The notes under the pieces were generated by a model that saw only the letters and a program-made list of their open reading frames with translations, did no database searches and was not told the origin of the DNA. DNA of 64,000 bases from Candidatus Uhrbacteria bacterium (GTDB taxonomy: Bacteria > Patescibacteriota > Patescibacteriia > UBA9934 > GWF2-40-263). Position 1 is the stretch's first letter. Each line of letters opens with the position of its first letter. The stretch spans positions 81,887 through 145,886 of the forward strand of contig JAHFIQ010000001.1 of NCBI GenBank assembly GCA_023246355.1, in the 5' to 3' direction. Shown here one piece after another: positions 49,336 through 58,924 of the stretch. Made by a program: the position numbers and the translations under genes.

Positions 49336-51962
49336 AGTTTTTCTAATTTCCCTTTGGCCTCTGCAAGGTTGTGCTCCATGGTTGCGACGACTTGCTCTGG
49401 AGCCTTCGAAGTAAACTCTTCGTTTTCTAGTTTGCTTGTGAGACTCCGGATGTATTTCTCCAACTCCTTTGCTTGGGCCTTCGACTTTGCTAATTCTTTT
49501 TCGTGATCGACCAAACCTCCCAGAGAGACAAAAATCTGTGTCTGACCAACAACGACAGAAGCATTCTCATCTTTTGGAGATTGTGTTTCAAATGTGAGCG
49601 ACTCCACACCTGCGAGCGACTCAATCACGGCACGATGAGACTCCACTTCGTTTCCACCAACCAAGACCACAGAAATCTTTTGTTTTGGTGCCACAGAATA
49701 CTGTGATCGAATGTTGCGCATTGCCCCAATCACTTCTTGCAATCGCGCCATTTCGGCTTCTGCATCCAGATCAAGGTCGATCAGACGCATGACAGGCCAG
49801 GCATGAGCGATCAACAATTCTTGATCGTCCAGATACTTCCAAATTTGCTCAGTCACAAATGGCATAATGGGATGCCAGTAGGTGAGCAGATGCTCAAGGA
49901 CATACACGAGAATGGCATCGGTCGATGCTTTGATCTTTGGGTCCACGCGCTGAGCTTTGGAAATCTCCAAATACCAATCGGCAAAATCATTCCATGTAAA
50001 CTCCCGCAATTTCTCACTGGCTTGGGAAAACTCAGCAGCCCCCATGTGTGCGGCAACGTCTTCTTCAAGTCGCGTGAGCCGTGACAATATCCACCGATCG
50101 GCAAGTGTGGACGGCTTCAATTCTTTGAACGCACGCCCATGACTCACGGTTTCAACGCTCGTTAAAATGAAGCGTGAGATATTCCAAAGTTTATTCACGA
50201 GCCGCTGTGCGGCTTCGACTTTCTCTTCATAGAAACGCGAATCATTTCCAGGAGACACGCCCGTCACGACACTGAACCGTAAGGCATCAGCACTATATTT
50301 TTCAATGATGTCGATCGGATCGATCCCATTGTTGAGCGATTTGGAAAACTTCCGTCCGTTCTTATCTTGCACCATGCCATGGATGTACACCTCATGAAAG
50401 GGAATCTCGTCAAGGGCATAGGCACTCATGAGCACCATCCGCATGAGCCACAAATACAAAATCTCATAGCCCATTTGCATCCAACTTGTGGGATGAAACG
50501 TCTGCAGGTCATCGGTTTGCTCGGGCCAGCCAAGAGTCGAAAACGTCCAAGAACCAGAGCTAAACCAGGTATCAAGCGTATCTTCATCCTGAACCCAACC
50601 ATCGCCTTCTGGGATCTGTCCCACAACCATCTCCTCACCTTTGTACCAAACCGGAACACGATGCCCCCACCAAATCTGACGAGACAGGCACCAATCACGA
50701 AGATGCTCAACGCGATCGAGATAGAGTTTCACAAAACGTTCTGGGTTGATGGTGACCCTTTGCTTCTCGTCGCCGGAGAGTCCAGTGGTCAGCGCATCGC
50801 GCATCAAGTCACGCAAGCTTTTGCCACGACCAGGAATGGGTTTTTGCACATCGAGCCACCATTGGGTCATGGGGATCGCTTCCACCACATCACCAAACCG
50901 ATCAGAGGTCCCGACGTTTTGTTCGATCTCTTCCTCTTGCACCAGCAACCCGGCTGCACGCAACTGTGCAACAACGTTCTCTCGTGCTTCTTCGCTTGTC
51001 AGTCCTGCAAAATCTTTTCCAGCTTGAGCGGTCATTTTTCCATCCGCCCCAATGACGGGAATGATTCCGATGTCGTTCCCCATGGCTTTCTGTTTTTCAT
51101 ACATGGCAAAATCAACCGCAGAGTGAGCCGGCGTCACACCCAAGGCGCCTGTCCCAAAGGCGGGATCAACATGCTCGTCGGCAATCACGTGTAACCGCAG
51201 TGGTACCCCGCAAAAATTTACCTCGAATGTTTTCCCGACAAAATCTTTGTAACGTTCATCCGTGGGATGAACGGCAACAGCGGTATCTCCCAACTTGGTT
51301 TCAGGACGAGTCGAAGCAATCGTAAATGGAACGTCTGCAGAATACTTGAATGTGTAGAGCTTGGCCTTTCGGTCAACGTACTCCAATTCATCATCGCTAC
51401 ACGTGCACTGCCCCTTCACCGACCAATTCACCACGCGGTATCCACGATAAATAAGACCATCGTGATACATCCGTGTGAACAACTCGTTCACGGCCTTGTT
51501 CCGGGCCTCATCAAACGTGTACGCAAGACGTGACCAATCGCAGCTCGTTCCCATTTTTTTAATCTGACTCAAAATCGTTTCGCGTGATGCATCAGCAAAT
51601 GCCCGAATACGTTCAACGAGTTTCTCCCGACCAAGTTCCTGACGCGGGAACCGCATTCCTTCTTCCATGAGCATTTTTTCCACACGAGCCTGTGTCGGCA
51701 CCGCGGCATGATCTGTGCCTGGAACCAACAGAGCCTTTCGTCCACGCATTCGCTGGTAGCGGATCATGCTGTCCATGAGGGTATTTTCCAGAGCATGTCC
51801 CAAGTGCAAAATACCGGTCACGTTTGGTGGTGGCATCATGATCGTGAACGGTTCGCCTTTCAGCTTGTCTGGATTAAAAAATCCGCTCTTTTCCCAAGCC
51901 TCGTAAATAGCGTCTTCGTAGAGTTTGGCTTCGTACGCCTTCGGCATTTCTGGTTTGCCCAT
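49326..51962 (-). CDS. valS: Valine--tRNA ligase
   Basis: PPPNVTGILHLGH, DWCLSRQIWWGH, DTWFSS, KFSKS, C-terminal coiled coil. Confidence 0.97.
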   Translation of the reverse strand: MGKPEMPKAYEAKLYEDAIYEAWEKSGFFNPDKLKGEPFTIMMPPPNVTGILHLGHALENTLMDSMIRYQRMRGRKALLVPGTDHAAVPTQARVEKMLMEEGMRFPRQELGREKLVERIRAFADASRETILSQIKKMGTSCDWSRLAYTFDEARNKAVNELFTRMYHDGLIYRGYRVVNWSVKGQCTCSDDELEYVDRKAKLYTFKYSADVPFTIASTRPETKLGDTAVAVHPTDERYKDFVGKTFEVNFCGVPLRLHVIADEHVDPAFGTGALGVTPAHSAVDFAMYEKQKAMGNDIGIIPVIGADGKMTAQAGKDFAGLTSEEARENVVAQLRAAGLLVQEEEIEQNVGTSDRFGDVVEAIPMTQWWLDVQKPIPGRGKSLRDLMRDALTTGLSGDEKQRVTINPERFVKLYLDRVEHLRDWCLSRQIWWGHRVPVWYKGEEMVVGQIPEGDGWVQDEDTLDTWFSSGSWTFSTLGWPEQTDDLQTFHPTSWMQMGYEILYLWLMRMVLMSAYALDEIPFHEVYIHGMVQDKNGRKFSKSLNNGIDPIDIIEKYSADALRFSVVTGVSPGNDSRFYEEKVEAAQRLVNKLWNISRFILTSVETVSHGRAFKELKPSTLADRWILSRLTRLEEDVAAHMGAAEFSQASEKLREFTWNDFADWYLEISKAQRVDPKIKASTDAILVYVLEHLLTYWHPIMPFVTEQIWKYLDDQELLIAHAWPVMRLIDLDLDAEAEMARLQEVIGAMRNIRSQYSVAPKQKISVVLVGGNEVESHRAVIESLAGVESLTFETQSPKDENASVVVGQTQIFVSLGGLVDHEKELAKSKAQAKELEKYIRSLTSKLENEEFTSKAPEQVVATMEHNLAEAKGKLEKLCT

Positions 51963-52073
51963 AATGTTCAACAGTTTAGGGAAATATCCCCAAGTTGGCA
52001 ACCGACAGAGTTGACAAAAAGCCCATTTTTGATGAGGATGGGGTGTCGTTCATTACAACGACCGGAGGAATCT

Positions 52074-54407
52074 ATGAGTCAGCTCCTGACCGCGACTGCG
52101 GTACTGCTGATGCTCTCTGGCTGCGACACGATCTCCCCGTTCGTTGGGGAGGAGCTCAAGGCCTCTGTCTGCGATCGAGATCACGATGGTCTTTCTCGCT
52201 CAAGCGAGTTCTGCGGTGGCGAGGACTGCGACGATGGGGACCAGGAAGTGGGATCGCCCACGGGTTGGTACCGCGATGTGGACCTCGACACCTACGGCGC
52301 GGGTGAGGAAGAATTTTCTTGCTCGCAACCCGAAGGATTCGTGATCGTCACCGGTGACTGCGATGATACAGATGAACTCGTGTCCCCTGGCGGCATCGAA
52401 ACCTGCAACGAAATCGATGACGACTGCGACGGAGACATCGACGAGGAAAACATCACGACTTGGTACCTGGACGCAGATGAGGATACCTACGGCAACGTGG
52501 ATATCTATCTCGTCCAGTGTGACGAGCCTATGGGCTACGTCGACAACGCCGATGACTGTGATGACCTTGTCTCCACGGTGAGTCCTGATGGCACGGAACT
52601 GTGCGACGATGACATCGATCAGGATTGCAACGGCCTCATCGACGATGCAGAGGGCTCGCAAGCTTGGTACGCAGATGCGGATCAGGACAGCTACGGCGAC
52701 CCACAGACGGCTTTGTATTCGTGCAACGAGTCTGTTGAAGGCTATGTGCTGGATGCGACCGACTGCGACGATGCCAACCTGGACGTGAACCCGAGCGCCA
52801 ACGAGGCCTGCCTCGATCACGTCGACAATGACTGTGATGGCGAGATAGACACGGACGCCGTGGATGTTGCCTGGTACGCAGATGTGGATGAGGACGGCTA
52901 CGGCGACGTGAACGTCACCACCACCGACTGCGCCCCGCCAGAAGGGTACGTCGGAAACAGTGAAGACTGTGACGATGCATCAAACGAAGTGAATCCTGGT
53001 GTCGACGAGGTCTGCAACAACGGCATCGACGACAACTGTGACGACTCACCGGGTGCGTGTGTGCATGCAGGGGCTTCGACCCTCGCAAGCGTCGATGTCA
53101 CTTTGACTGGTGACAGCGACTCCACGGGCTGGGCCATTGTCGGTCCCTGCGACCTAGACGGCTCTGGTGAACTCGATCTCGTTGCCTCGGCTCCTGATGG
53201 TGACCAGAACGCACAAAACACCGGCTCAATCTTCATCTTCTTCAATGGGTCCCTCACGACCTCCTCGCTCACGACCAGCGCGGCAGATGTGGTGATTGTG
53301 GGAGACGAAGAGTATGACTACGCTGGTTCAGCGGTCGCGTGTGGTGATGTGGATCGAGATGGAGTCGACGACTTACTCTTTGGCGCATTCGGAGACGACG
53401 AGGGAGGCTCTGATGTCGGAGCTGTGGCCTTCTTTCCTGGCACAACCCTTTCAGGCTCGCTGAGCGCCTCAGACGCCTCCAGCTCCTGGGTGGGAACCGA
53501 GGGGGCAACCTCTCTTGGAGAACGAGCTCTCGCTATTGGAGACGTGGACGGAAATGGATCCGGAGACTTGGTCGTTGGTTGGTCAAACAACTCCGACTAT
53601 GACAGCAATGCCGGAGCCCTGTACTTCATCTCTGGTGACGCGATTCCGGAAGAAACTGTTCGCATCGATGATGCGGATGCTCAGTGGCTGGGAGAAGCCA
53701 CGGGAGACCGAGCTGGCCTGAGCATTGGGCTGTGCGATCTCAACAGCGACGGCGCACAGGACATCCTCACTGGGTCCTACGGCCTTGATGATGGAGGCAG
53801 TGACGCTGGAGGGATGTACCTCATCTGGGGTGACGCGTACGCTGGGATCATGAGTTTCTCAGAGAGCGATGCCCTATGGACGGGAGAGTCAGCAGGTGAC
53901 CTCTCAGGATCTTCGATCGCTTGCAATGGCGACGTTGACGACGATGGGGTGAATGACATCCTCGTGAGCGCTCCGTATCAGGATGAGGCAGCGGACAACG
54001 CAGGAGCTGTATATCTCATCTACGGTGCTGACACCTTCGCAGGAGAAATGAGTCTCACAAGCGCTGACGCCAAGTGGATCGGAGAGACCAGCGACGATCA
54101 AGTTGGGAATGCCGCTGCGATGTGCGACATCGATGACAACGGCATGGACGACATCTTCGTTTCATCGATCAACTACGACGGAGGATCTAGCAACCTGGGC
54201 ATCGTCTACATGGTGTCGGGTGGCGTGCACTCTGGAACCTCAAACCTCTCGAGCGCGGAAGCCTCCTGGACCGGAACGAGTGGTGGATCACAGGCCGGCT
54301 CTGCCCTGAGCTGTCCTACGGATCTCAACAACGACAACGTCGACGATTTGGCCGTAGGCGCTCCTACAAAGAGCGAGGCTTACCTCATCTTCGGCCTGGG
54401 CTACTAG
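52074..54407 (+). CDS. Lipoprotein with repeated Cys/Asp metal-binding (MopE-like) motifs and FG-GAP (integrin-alpha-like) repeats
   Basis: Lipobox LSGC; repeats WY.D.D.D.YG..DCDD..P...E.C..IDxDC; FG-GAP repeats (GDVDRDGVDDLLFGA, AGAVYLIYG); SD ggagga. Confidence 0.88.
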   Translation: MSQLLTATAVLLMLSGCDTISPFVGEELKASVCDRDHDGLSRSSEFCGGEDCDDGDQEVGSPTGWYRDVDLDTYGAGEEEFSCSQPEGFVIVTGDCDDTDELVSPGGIETCNEIDDDCDGDIDEENITTWYLDADEDTYGNVDIYLVQCDEPMGYVDNADDCDDLVSTVSPDGTELCDDDIDQDCNGLIDDAEGSQAWYADADQDSYGDPQTALYSCNESVEGYVLDATDCDDANLDVNPSANEACLDHVDNDCDGEIDTDAVDVAWYADVDEDGYGDVNVTTTDCAPPEGYVGNSEDCDDASNEVNPGVDEVCNNGIDDNCDDSPGACVHAGASTLASVDVTLTGDSDSTGWAIVGPCDLDGSGELDLVASAPDGDQNAQNTGSIFIFFNGSLTTSSLTTSAADVVIVGDEEYDYAGSAVACGDVDRDGVDDLLFGAFGDDEGGSDVGAVAFFPGTTLSGSLSASDASSSWVGTEGATSLGERALAIGDVDGNGSGDLVVGWSNNSDYDSNAGALYFISGDAIPEETVRIDDADAQWLGEATGDRAGLSIGLCDLNSDGAQDILTGSYGLDDGGSDAGGMYLIWGDAYAGIMSFSESDALWTGESAGDLSGSSIACNGDVDDDGVNDILVSAPYQDEAADNAGAVYLIYGADTFAGEMSLTSADAKWIGETSDDQVGNAAAMCDIDDNGMDDIFVSSINYDGGSSNLGIVYMVSGGVHSGTSNLSSAEASWTGTSGGSQAGSALSCPTDLNNDNVDDLAVGAPTKSEAYLIFGLGY

Positions 54408-54412
54408 AAACG

Positions 54413-54442
54413 CGCCTCCTTTTCAGGAGGCTTTTCATTTTC
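54413..54442 (+). terminator. Intrinsic terminator
   Basis: gcctcct-tttc-aggaggc followed by a T-rich tail. Confidence 0.7.
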
Positions 54443-54543
54443 CTACGGTTCCTTGACACGTCGGTCGCGACCGACGTGTCTTGACCTTCAATCAAACCCC
54501 TTGTAAACTGCCCTATCCCCTGCTTGTTGAAGATACCTAACAC

Positions 54544-55680
54544 ATGGCCCTCAAAGAATCACAACAAGTCCTTGAAGCCATTAAGCGCTCTTCGCGCCCA
54601 CTTCTTTGTGTTCCCTCAGGTGGTGGAGCTGATGCCTATGCCACAGCCCTGGGACTCTCAAGGGTCTTAACTAAACTCGACAAAAAGCCGCTCATCGTTG
54701 CGGCTGATGGCAAAGCGCCAAAAAATGTCGAGTTTCTCAAAGGTCATGAACAGATCCAGCCGCGACTGGAAAATATGCGGCAATTCGTCATCGAGTTGGA
54801 CGCGAGTAAAACAAAAGTAGATGAGCTCAGTTACGAAATGAAAAACGATAAACTGTTCGTTTATCTCTCTCCCAAAAAAGGCTTCTGGGACCAGAAGGAC
54901 GTACGGACAAGTTCCAGTGGCTACAAGTTTGATCTCATCATCTGTATCGGCTCCCCGGACTTTGAATCTTGTGCGCATCTCTACTCTGAAAATCCTGATT
55001 TCTTTTTCCGCACGCCAGTTATCAACATCGACCACACGCCTGAAAACGAACACTACGGCCAAATGAACATCGTGGACATGACGGCCTCTGCGTGCGGCGA
55101 AGTCTGTCATGATCTCATCGACGCGATCGAACCTGGACTCATCGATGAAGAAGTTGCGACCGCGTTTTTGACCGGCATGATCGCCAAGACAAAAAGTTTC
55201 AGATCAAAAGCAGTGACGCCCAAAACACTACAGACAGCGAGCAAGCTGATTGCCAAAGGTGCCAAACGGGACGAGATCGTGCAGCGGCTCTATCGAACCA
55301 GAAGCGTAGAAACGCTCAGACTCTGGGGTCGCGCCCTAGCTCGCCTGAAGGCGGACGAGGAGGCGAAAATGGTCTGGACCATGCTCAGCCAGCAAGATTT
55401 CATGCATGCGGGAAGTGAAGAACACGATCTCCCGGATGTGATCGACGAGCTGATCGCGTCCTCTCCACAAGCCAAAGTCGTTGTGCTGTTGTATGAGATG
55501 CGGGACCGAAACATCTGTGCCATCGTCCGAGCGGAACGCCCGCTGGATGCCATCGCTCTGTGCCAAGGTTACAATGCCGCTGGAACCCGCGAAGAGATCC
55601 GACTCTGCCTCTTAAACAAGACGATCATCCAGGTTGAGAAAGAACTGATCGGATCGATCAAAGCACAGATCAAAAAATAG
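54544..55680 (+). CDS. DHH-family (NrnA-like) protein with degenerate catalytic motifs
   Basis: INIDHT..NEHYG, TAFLTGMIAKTKSF, LWGRAL. Confidence 0.8.
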   Translation: MALKESQQVLEAIKRSSRPLLCVPSGGGADAYATALGLSRVLTKLDKKPLIVAADGKAPKNVEFLKGHEQIQPRLENMRQFVIELDASKTKVDELSYEMKNDKLFVYLSPKKGFWDQKDVRTSSSGYKFDLIICIGSPDFESCAHLYSENPDFFFRTPVINIDHTPENEHYGQMNIVDMTASACGEVCHDLIDAIEPGLIDEEVATAFLTGMIAKTKSFRSKAVTPKTLQTASKLIAKGAKRDEIVQRLYRTRSVETLRLWGRALARLKADEEAKMVWTMLSQQDFMHAGSEEHDLPDVIDELIASSPQAKVVVLLYEMRDRNICAIVRAERPLDAIALCQGYNAAGTREEIRLCLLNKTIIQVEKELIGSIKAQIKK

Positions 55681-55708
55681 CTCCGACGTGACGTCGGAGC
55701 TATTTTTT
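55672..55708. terminator. Bidirectional terminator-like palindrome between convergent genes
   Basis: aaaaaatagctccgacgt-g-acgtcggagctatttttt. Confidence 0.75.
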
Positions 55709-55711
55709 GAT

Positions 55712-58183
55712 TTACTCTTCTGAAGCTTCTCCTTCATCTGTGGTTGCTTCTTCTTCCACGACTTCGCCTTCATCCACTTCGGTCACGCCCTCTTGCCCTG
55801 GCTGAATAGGCTCTGGCAACACCGTGGTGATCTCCCCTGCACGCATGCGCGCAAGACGATTTTTTGCCAGTTCATTCTCTGGATTAATCTGAACTACGCG
55901 TTCAATCAAATCAATCGCCTCTCCCTGTCGATCGGAAATTTCATACATGGAAGCCAAGTACCACAAAGCATTAGAGTAGTCCGGATTCAACTCAAGGATG
56001 CGTTCAAGTTCCTGAGTGGCTGTATCGTATTGTTCCAAACGAATGAGGAGCTGCGAAAGCTGGAACGCGATTCCGACGTCGGCAAGATTATTATTTCGAA
56101 GCGCGAGCAATCTGGCTGCGGCTTGATCTAACTTTCCTTGTCGTTCATACACAGCGGCCAAGTAGTAATGCGCTGGTAAATAATCACGCTTCTGTTCGAT
56201 CGCCTTCAGGAAGGCCTGCTCGGCCGTTGAAAGTAAACTGACTTCTTGATCAGCAGCCTGCTTTGCGGCTTCAGGATCTTTGGATGTTTTTAGAGCACGA
56301 GCACGTTCAGCCACGACCAAGTACACACGACCGAGGTTTGTGTAGTGCACCGGGTTGGTTGGCTCAAGCTGAATGGTATTCAAGAACATGGTTGCAGCAA
56401 GGTCTTCTGCGCCTTGAGCAAAACTCATCACATCTCGATACACCGAACCGCGAACGACCCAGTTGGAAACAGAGTTCGGCTCAATTTCTGTGGCACGAGT
56501 GGCCGCATTGATCGCGAGGGTCACAGAGTTGGCAATATCCTGCGTCTGCTCACCGGTGAGTTCCTGACCTCCGGCGGAGGCGGCGACAATTTTGTCACGG
56601 GCCTCAACGAGATAGGCTGAACTCAAATTGCGATAGTATTGATCGCTCAGGCCGTTGAAACGAACAGCGCGGTTGAGCTGATCAATCACCTCGGCGAGGG
56701 TTCCGTCTTCGGATTGATCAATCGCGACGGCCTTGGCAAAGGCGACTTCTGCGGCGTAGCGAGAACCGGTCACGAACAACGAAGCAATCACACCAACCGC
56801 TACAACCACAAAGGCAAACGAGGTTGCCAGACCGAGCTTAGGCGATCGTGAAAAGTCTGTACTCCACACCTTCAAGACCACTTGAGACGCAAGAAGACCT
56901 GTGAAGCCCCAGAGCAGAAACTCCATGGTCATGTTGGAGGAGTAGAAAAGATGTGAGAGGAAGAGCACGGCCCATCCGACGAACAAGACGTAGGTCATTT
57001 TCCATTCTTCATGATCGCGCTCAAATACCAGACGTTGAACCGCCTTGGCTGCCACCCAGATCATAAGCACAAGCCAGAGCAAACCTCCCAATACCCCAAG
57101 ATGCGTAAGCGTGGTGACGAAATCACTCTTGGCTCGGTCAAAATGGATGGACCAAAACTGGGACGCATTGATTGTTACAGGCTTGTACGCCAGAAAATCA
57201 TACAGAAACGTTCCAGGACCTGATCCAACGAGCAACTGCTTGGTGCTCACCCCCAGAGTCGTTTTGGCAATCTGCCAACTGGTTCCATAGCTTGGAGAAA
57301 CGGTGAGCGGCAGAGACAGTTTGAGCGGCGTAGGAAGGAAGAGAAGTAAAATGCTAACAAAGAGAACTACCAAAGGCAGAGCAAAGCGACGAGGATTTGG
57401 AAATTCTTGCGATTGGATGAAGACAAATCCGCCCAAGAGCAGCACACCGATGATGTTGATGATCCAGAACACGGAAAAATCAATCGCGATCAAGGTGATG
57501 AGATTGATTACGGTTACGATTACAATCAGCGCTCGCGTAAACATCCCAATGCCCCCCAACGGGATAATGCGATCTCGTCCACTTTGGGAAACCAACCAAA
57601 GAGCCAGTCCCACAAACATCATGAGCGTCAGCAACGAGGCCAAACCATTCATGGTGCCGACCGTATTGAATCCATTGGACTGCGAAAAGACAAACGGCAA
57701 GTGAAAAAGATTAAACATGCCAAGCAAACCCAAGAGTCCAGCAAGCGTTGAGGAAAGCAACAGCGCAAACAAAACATTGCGCTGAACCGCTGTATCACTT
57801 GCGCCGTTCATGAGCAGGTAAAAAATCACGAGAAACATCGTGGTGGAAAGGAAACTCGCATATTCCTGTGAGGCCTGTCCGACCCAGGTCTGATAGCCAG
57901 CGATCGATGTAAGTGACGAGATCAACAGCACGACAAAAAACAATCCAGGCACGAGATTCAACCACCCAGCTTTGAAGGAAAGCTGTTTGCTCATGACCAT
58001 CTGGCCGAGCCATGCCAAGAGGCCCACCACCGTCAATACGACCAACAAGATTTGCTTGTTGTCTTCAAGGACGCTGGTCGTCCATGGAAGAAAGAAGATG
58101 GGAACGAGAAAAAAGAGTAAATAGGTGGCCCAATGAGTCACCATGACGAACAGTTTGTTGGCCTCCTCAACTCGACTTGGCAT
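55712..58183 (-). CDS. Polytopic membrane protein (O-antigen-ligase-like) with C-terminal TPR repeats
   Basis: Many TM helices, GSGPGTF, TPR motifs (LEPTNP..YTNLG; LNPDYSNALWYLA). Confidence 0.85.
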   Translation of the reverse strand: MPSRVEEANKLFVMVTHWATYLLFFLVPIFFLPWTTSVLEDNKQILLVVLTVVGLLAWLGQMVMSKQLSFKAGWLNLVPGLFFVVLLISSLTSIAGYQTWVGQASQEYASFLSTTMFLVIFYLLMNGASDTAVQRNVLFALLLSSTLAGLLGLLGMFNLFHLPFVFSQSNGFNTVGTMNGLASLLTLMMFVGLALWLVSQSGRDRIIPLGGIGMFTRALIVIVTVINLITLIAIDFSVFWIINIIGVLLLGGFVFIQSQEFPNPRRFALPLVVLFVSILLLFLPTPLKLSLPLTVSPSYGTSWQIAKTTLGVSTKQLLVGSGPGTFLYDFLAYKPVTINASQFWSIHFDRAKSDFVTTLTHLGVLGGLLWLVLMIWVAAKAVQRLVFERDHEEWKMTYVLFVGWAVLFLSHLFYSSNMTMEFLLWGFTGLLASQVVLKVWSTDFSRSPKLGLATSFAFVVVAVGVIASLFVTGSRYAAEVAFAKAVAIDQSEDGTLAEVIDQLNRAVRFNGLSDQYYRNLSSAYLVEARDKIVAASAGGQELTGEQTQDIANSVTLAINAATRATEIEPNSVSNWVVRGSVYRDVMSFAQGAEDLAATMFLNTIQLEPTNPVHYTNLGRVYLVVAERARALKTSKDPEAAKQAADQEVSLLSTAEQAFLKAIEQKRDYLPAHYYLAAVYERQGKLDQAAARLLALRNNNLADVGIAFQLSQLLIRLEQYDTATQELERILELNPDYSNALWYLASMYEISDRQGEAIDLIERVVQINPENELAKNRLARMRAGEITTVLPEPIQPGQEGVTEVDEGEVVEEEATTDEGEASEE

Positions 58184-58206
58184 AGCAATGACACGGTTAG
58201 GGTAAA

Positions 58207-58662
58207 TTACTTTGATTTGTAAGCTTGGATGGCTTGAACGACTTTGGAATCACTCTTCATGTCTTCGACAAATAAGACGTGCTCAACATTGATCTCCATC
58301 CGGTCCTCTGGGCCATGCGCTTCAGCACCAAGTTTTGTGAGTGCCAAGTTCGCATTTTCCGTAACAGAGACCCCTGTTTGAAGATAGAACACATCGGTGA
58401 GTGTGAAGAAGTCATCGTCTGACTCATCGAGCTTGCCGAAGTAGACCTGACCGTTGTCCAAAAAAACGGCCTGGTACTCACCTGAGGTGATCGGCGTGCT
58501 TGTTTCTCCCTCTCCTTTGCCCCAAAAATACCACGCACCAAAACCGATGGCCAACAGGACAAGGACGATTACCCACACCCAGCCACTGCTCTTCTTCCCT
58601 TCTGTGGAAGAAGGCGGTCTGGCACCAATCGGACCACGAGTCATTTTCGATTCAATCGCCAT
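58207..58662 (-). CDS. Hypothetical membrane-anchored protein
   Basis: TM, then YQAVFLDNGQVYFGKL..L.DVFYL..E.HGP. Confidence 0.8.
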   Translation of the reverse strand: MAIESKMTRGPIGARPPSSTEGKKSSGWVWVIVLVLLAIGFGAWYFWGKGEGETSTPITSGEYQAVFLDNGQVYFGKLDESDDDFFTLTDVFYLQTGVSVTENANLALTKLGAEAHGPEDRMEINVEHVLFVEDMKSDSKVVQAIQAYKSK

Positions 58663-58749
58663 AGTGAAAATAGCTAAATACGCTGCTCATCTTACCTGAA
58701 AGTAAGAAAAAGCAACAAGGCTTAGGTTGTGGGTAACATGGGGCTAATC

Positions 58750-58878
58750 GGGACTGTTCCCAAATGAGCGATCTTGGCTTTCACGGGGCCCCGCGACCAC
58801 CTCAATGTAGGATTTACCTACATCTCGGCGGCTCGCTTCCCCGTTCAAGCCAATCTCATCTCATTTGGGAACAGTCCC
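58750..58878. repeat. Hairpin family A copy 7 (reverse orientation)
   Basis: gggactgttcccaaatgag/ctcatttgggaacagtccc; invariant motifs. Confidence 0.92.
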
Positions 58879-58882
58879 AATC

Positions 58883-58917
58883 AAAAGACGGGACTCCTTT
58901 GAATCCCGTCTTTTTTT
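58883..58917. terminator. Intrinsic terminator after the fibre gene
   Basis: aaaagacggga..tcccgtctttt. Confidence 0.7.
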
Positions 58918-58924
58918 GCTTGCT

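Noticed and set aside
50335-50352. ValRS KFSKS instead of KMSKS
   Set aside because: A single substitution with the catalytic Lys retained; the gene is otherwise intact.
51708-52073. ORF-track N-terminal extension of the FG-GAP protein
   Set aside because: It overlaps valS antisense; the SD and signal peptide support the start at 52074.
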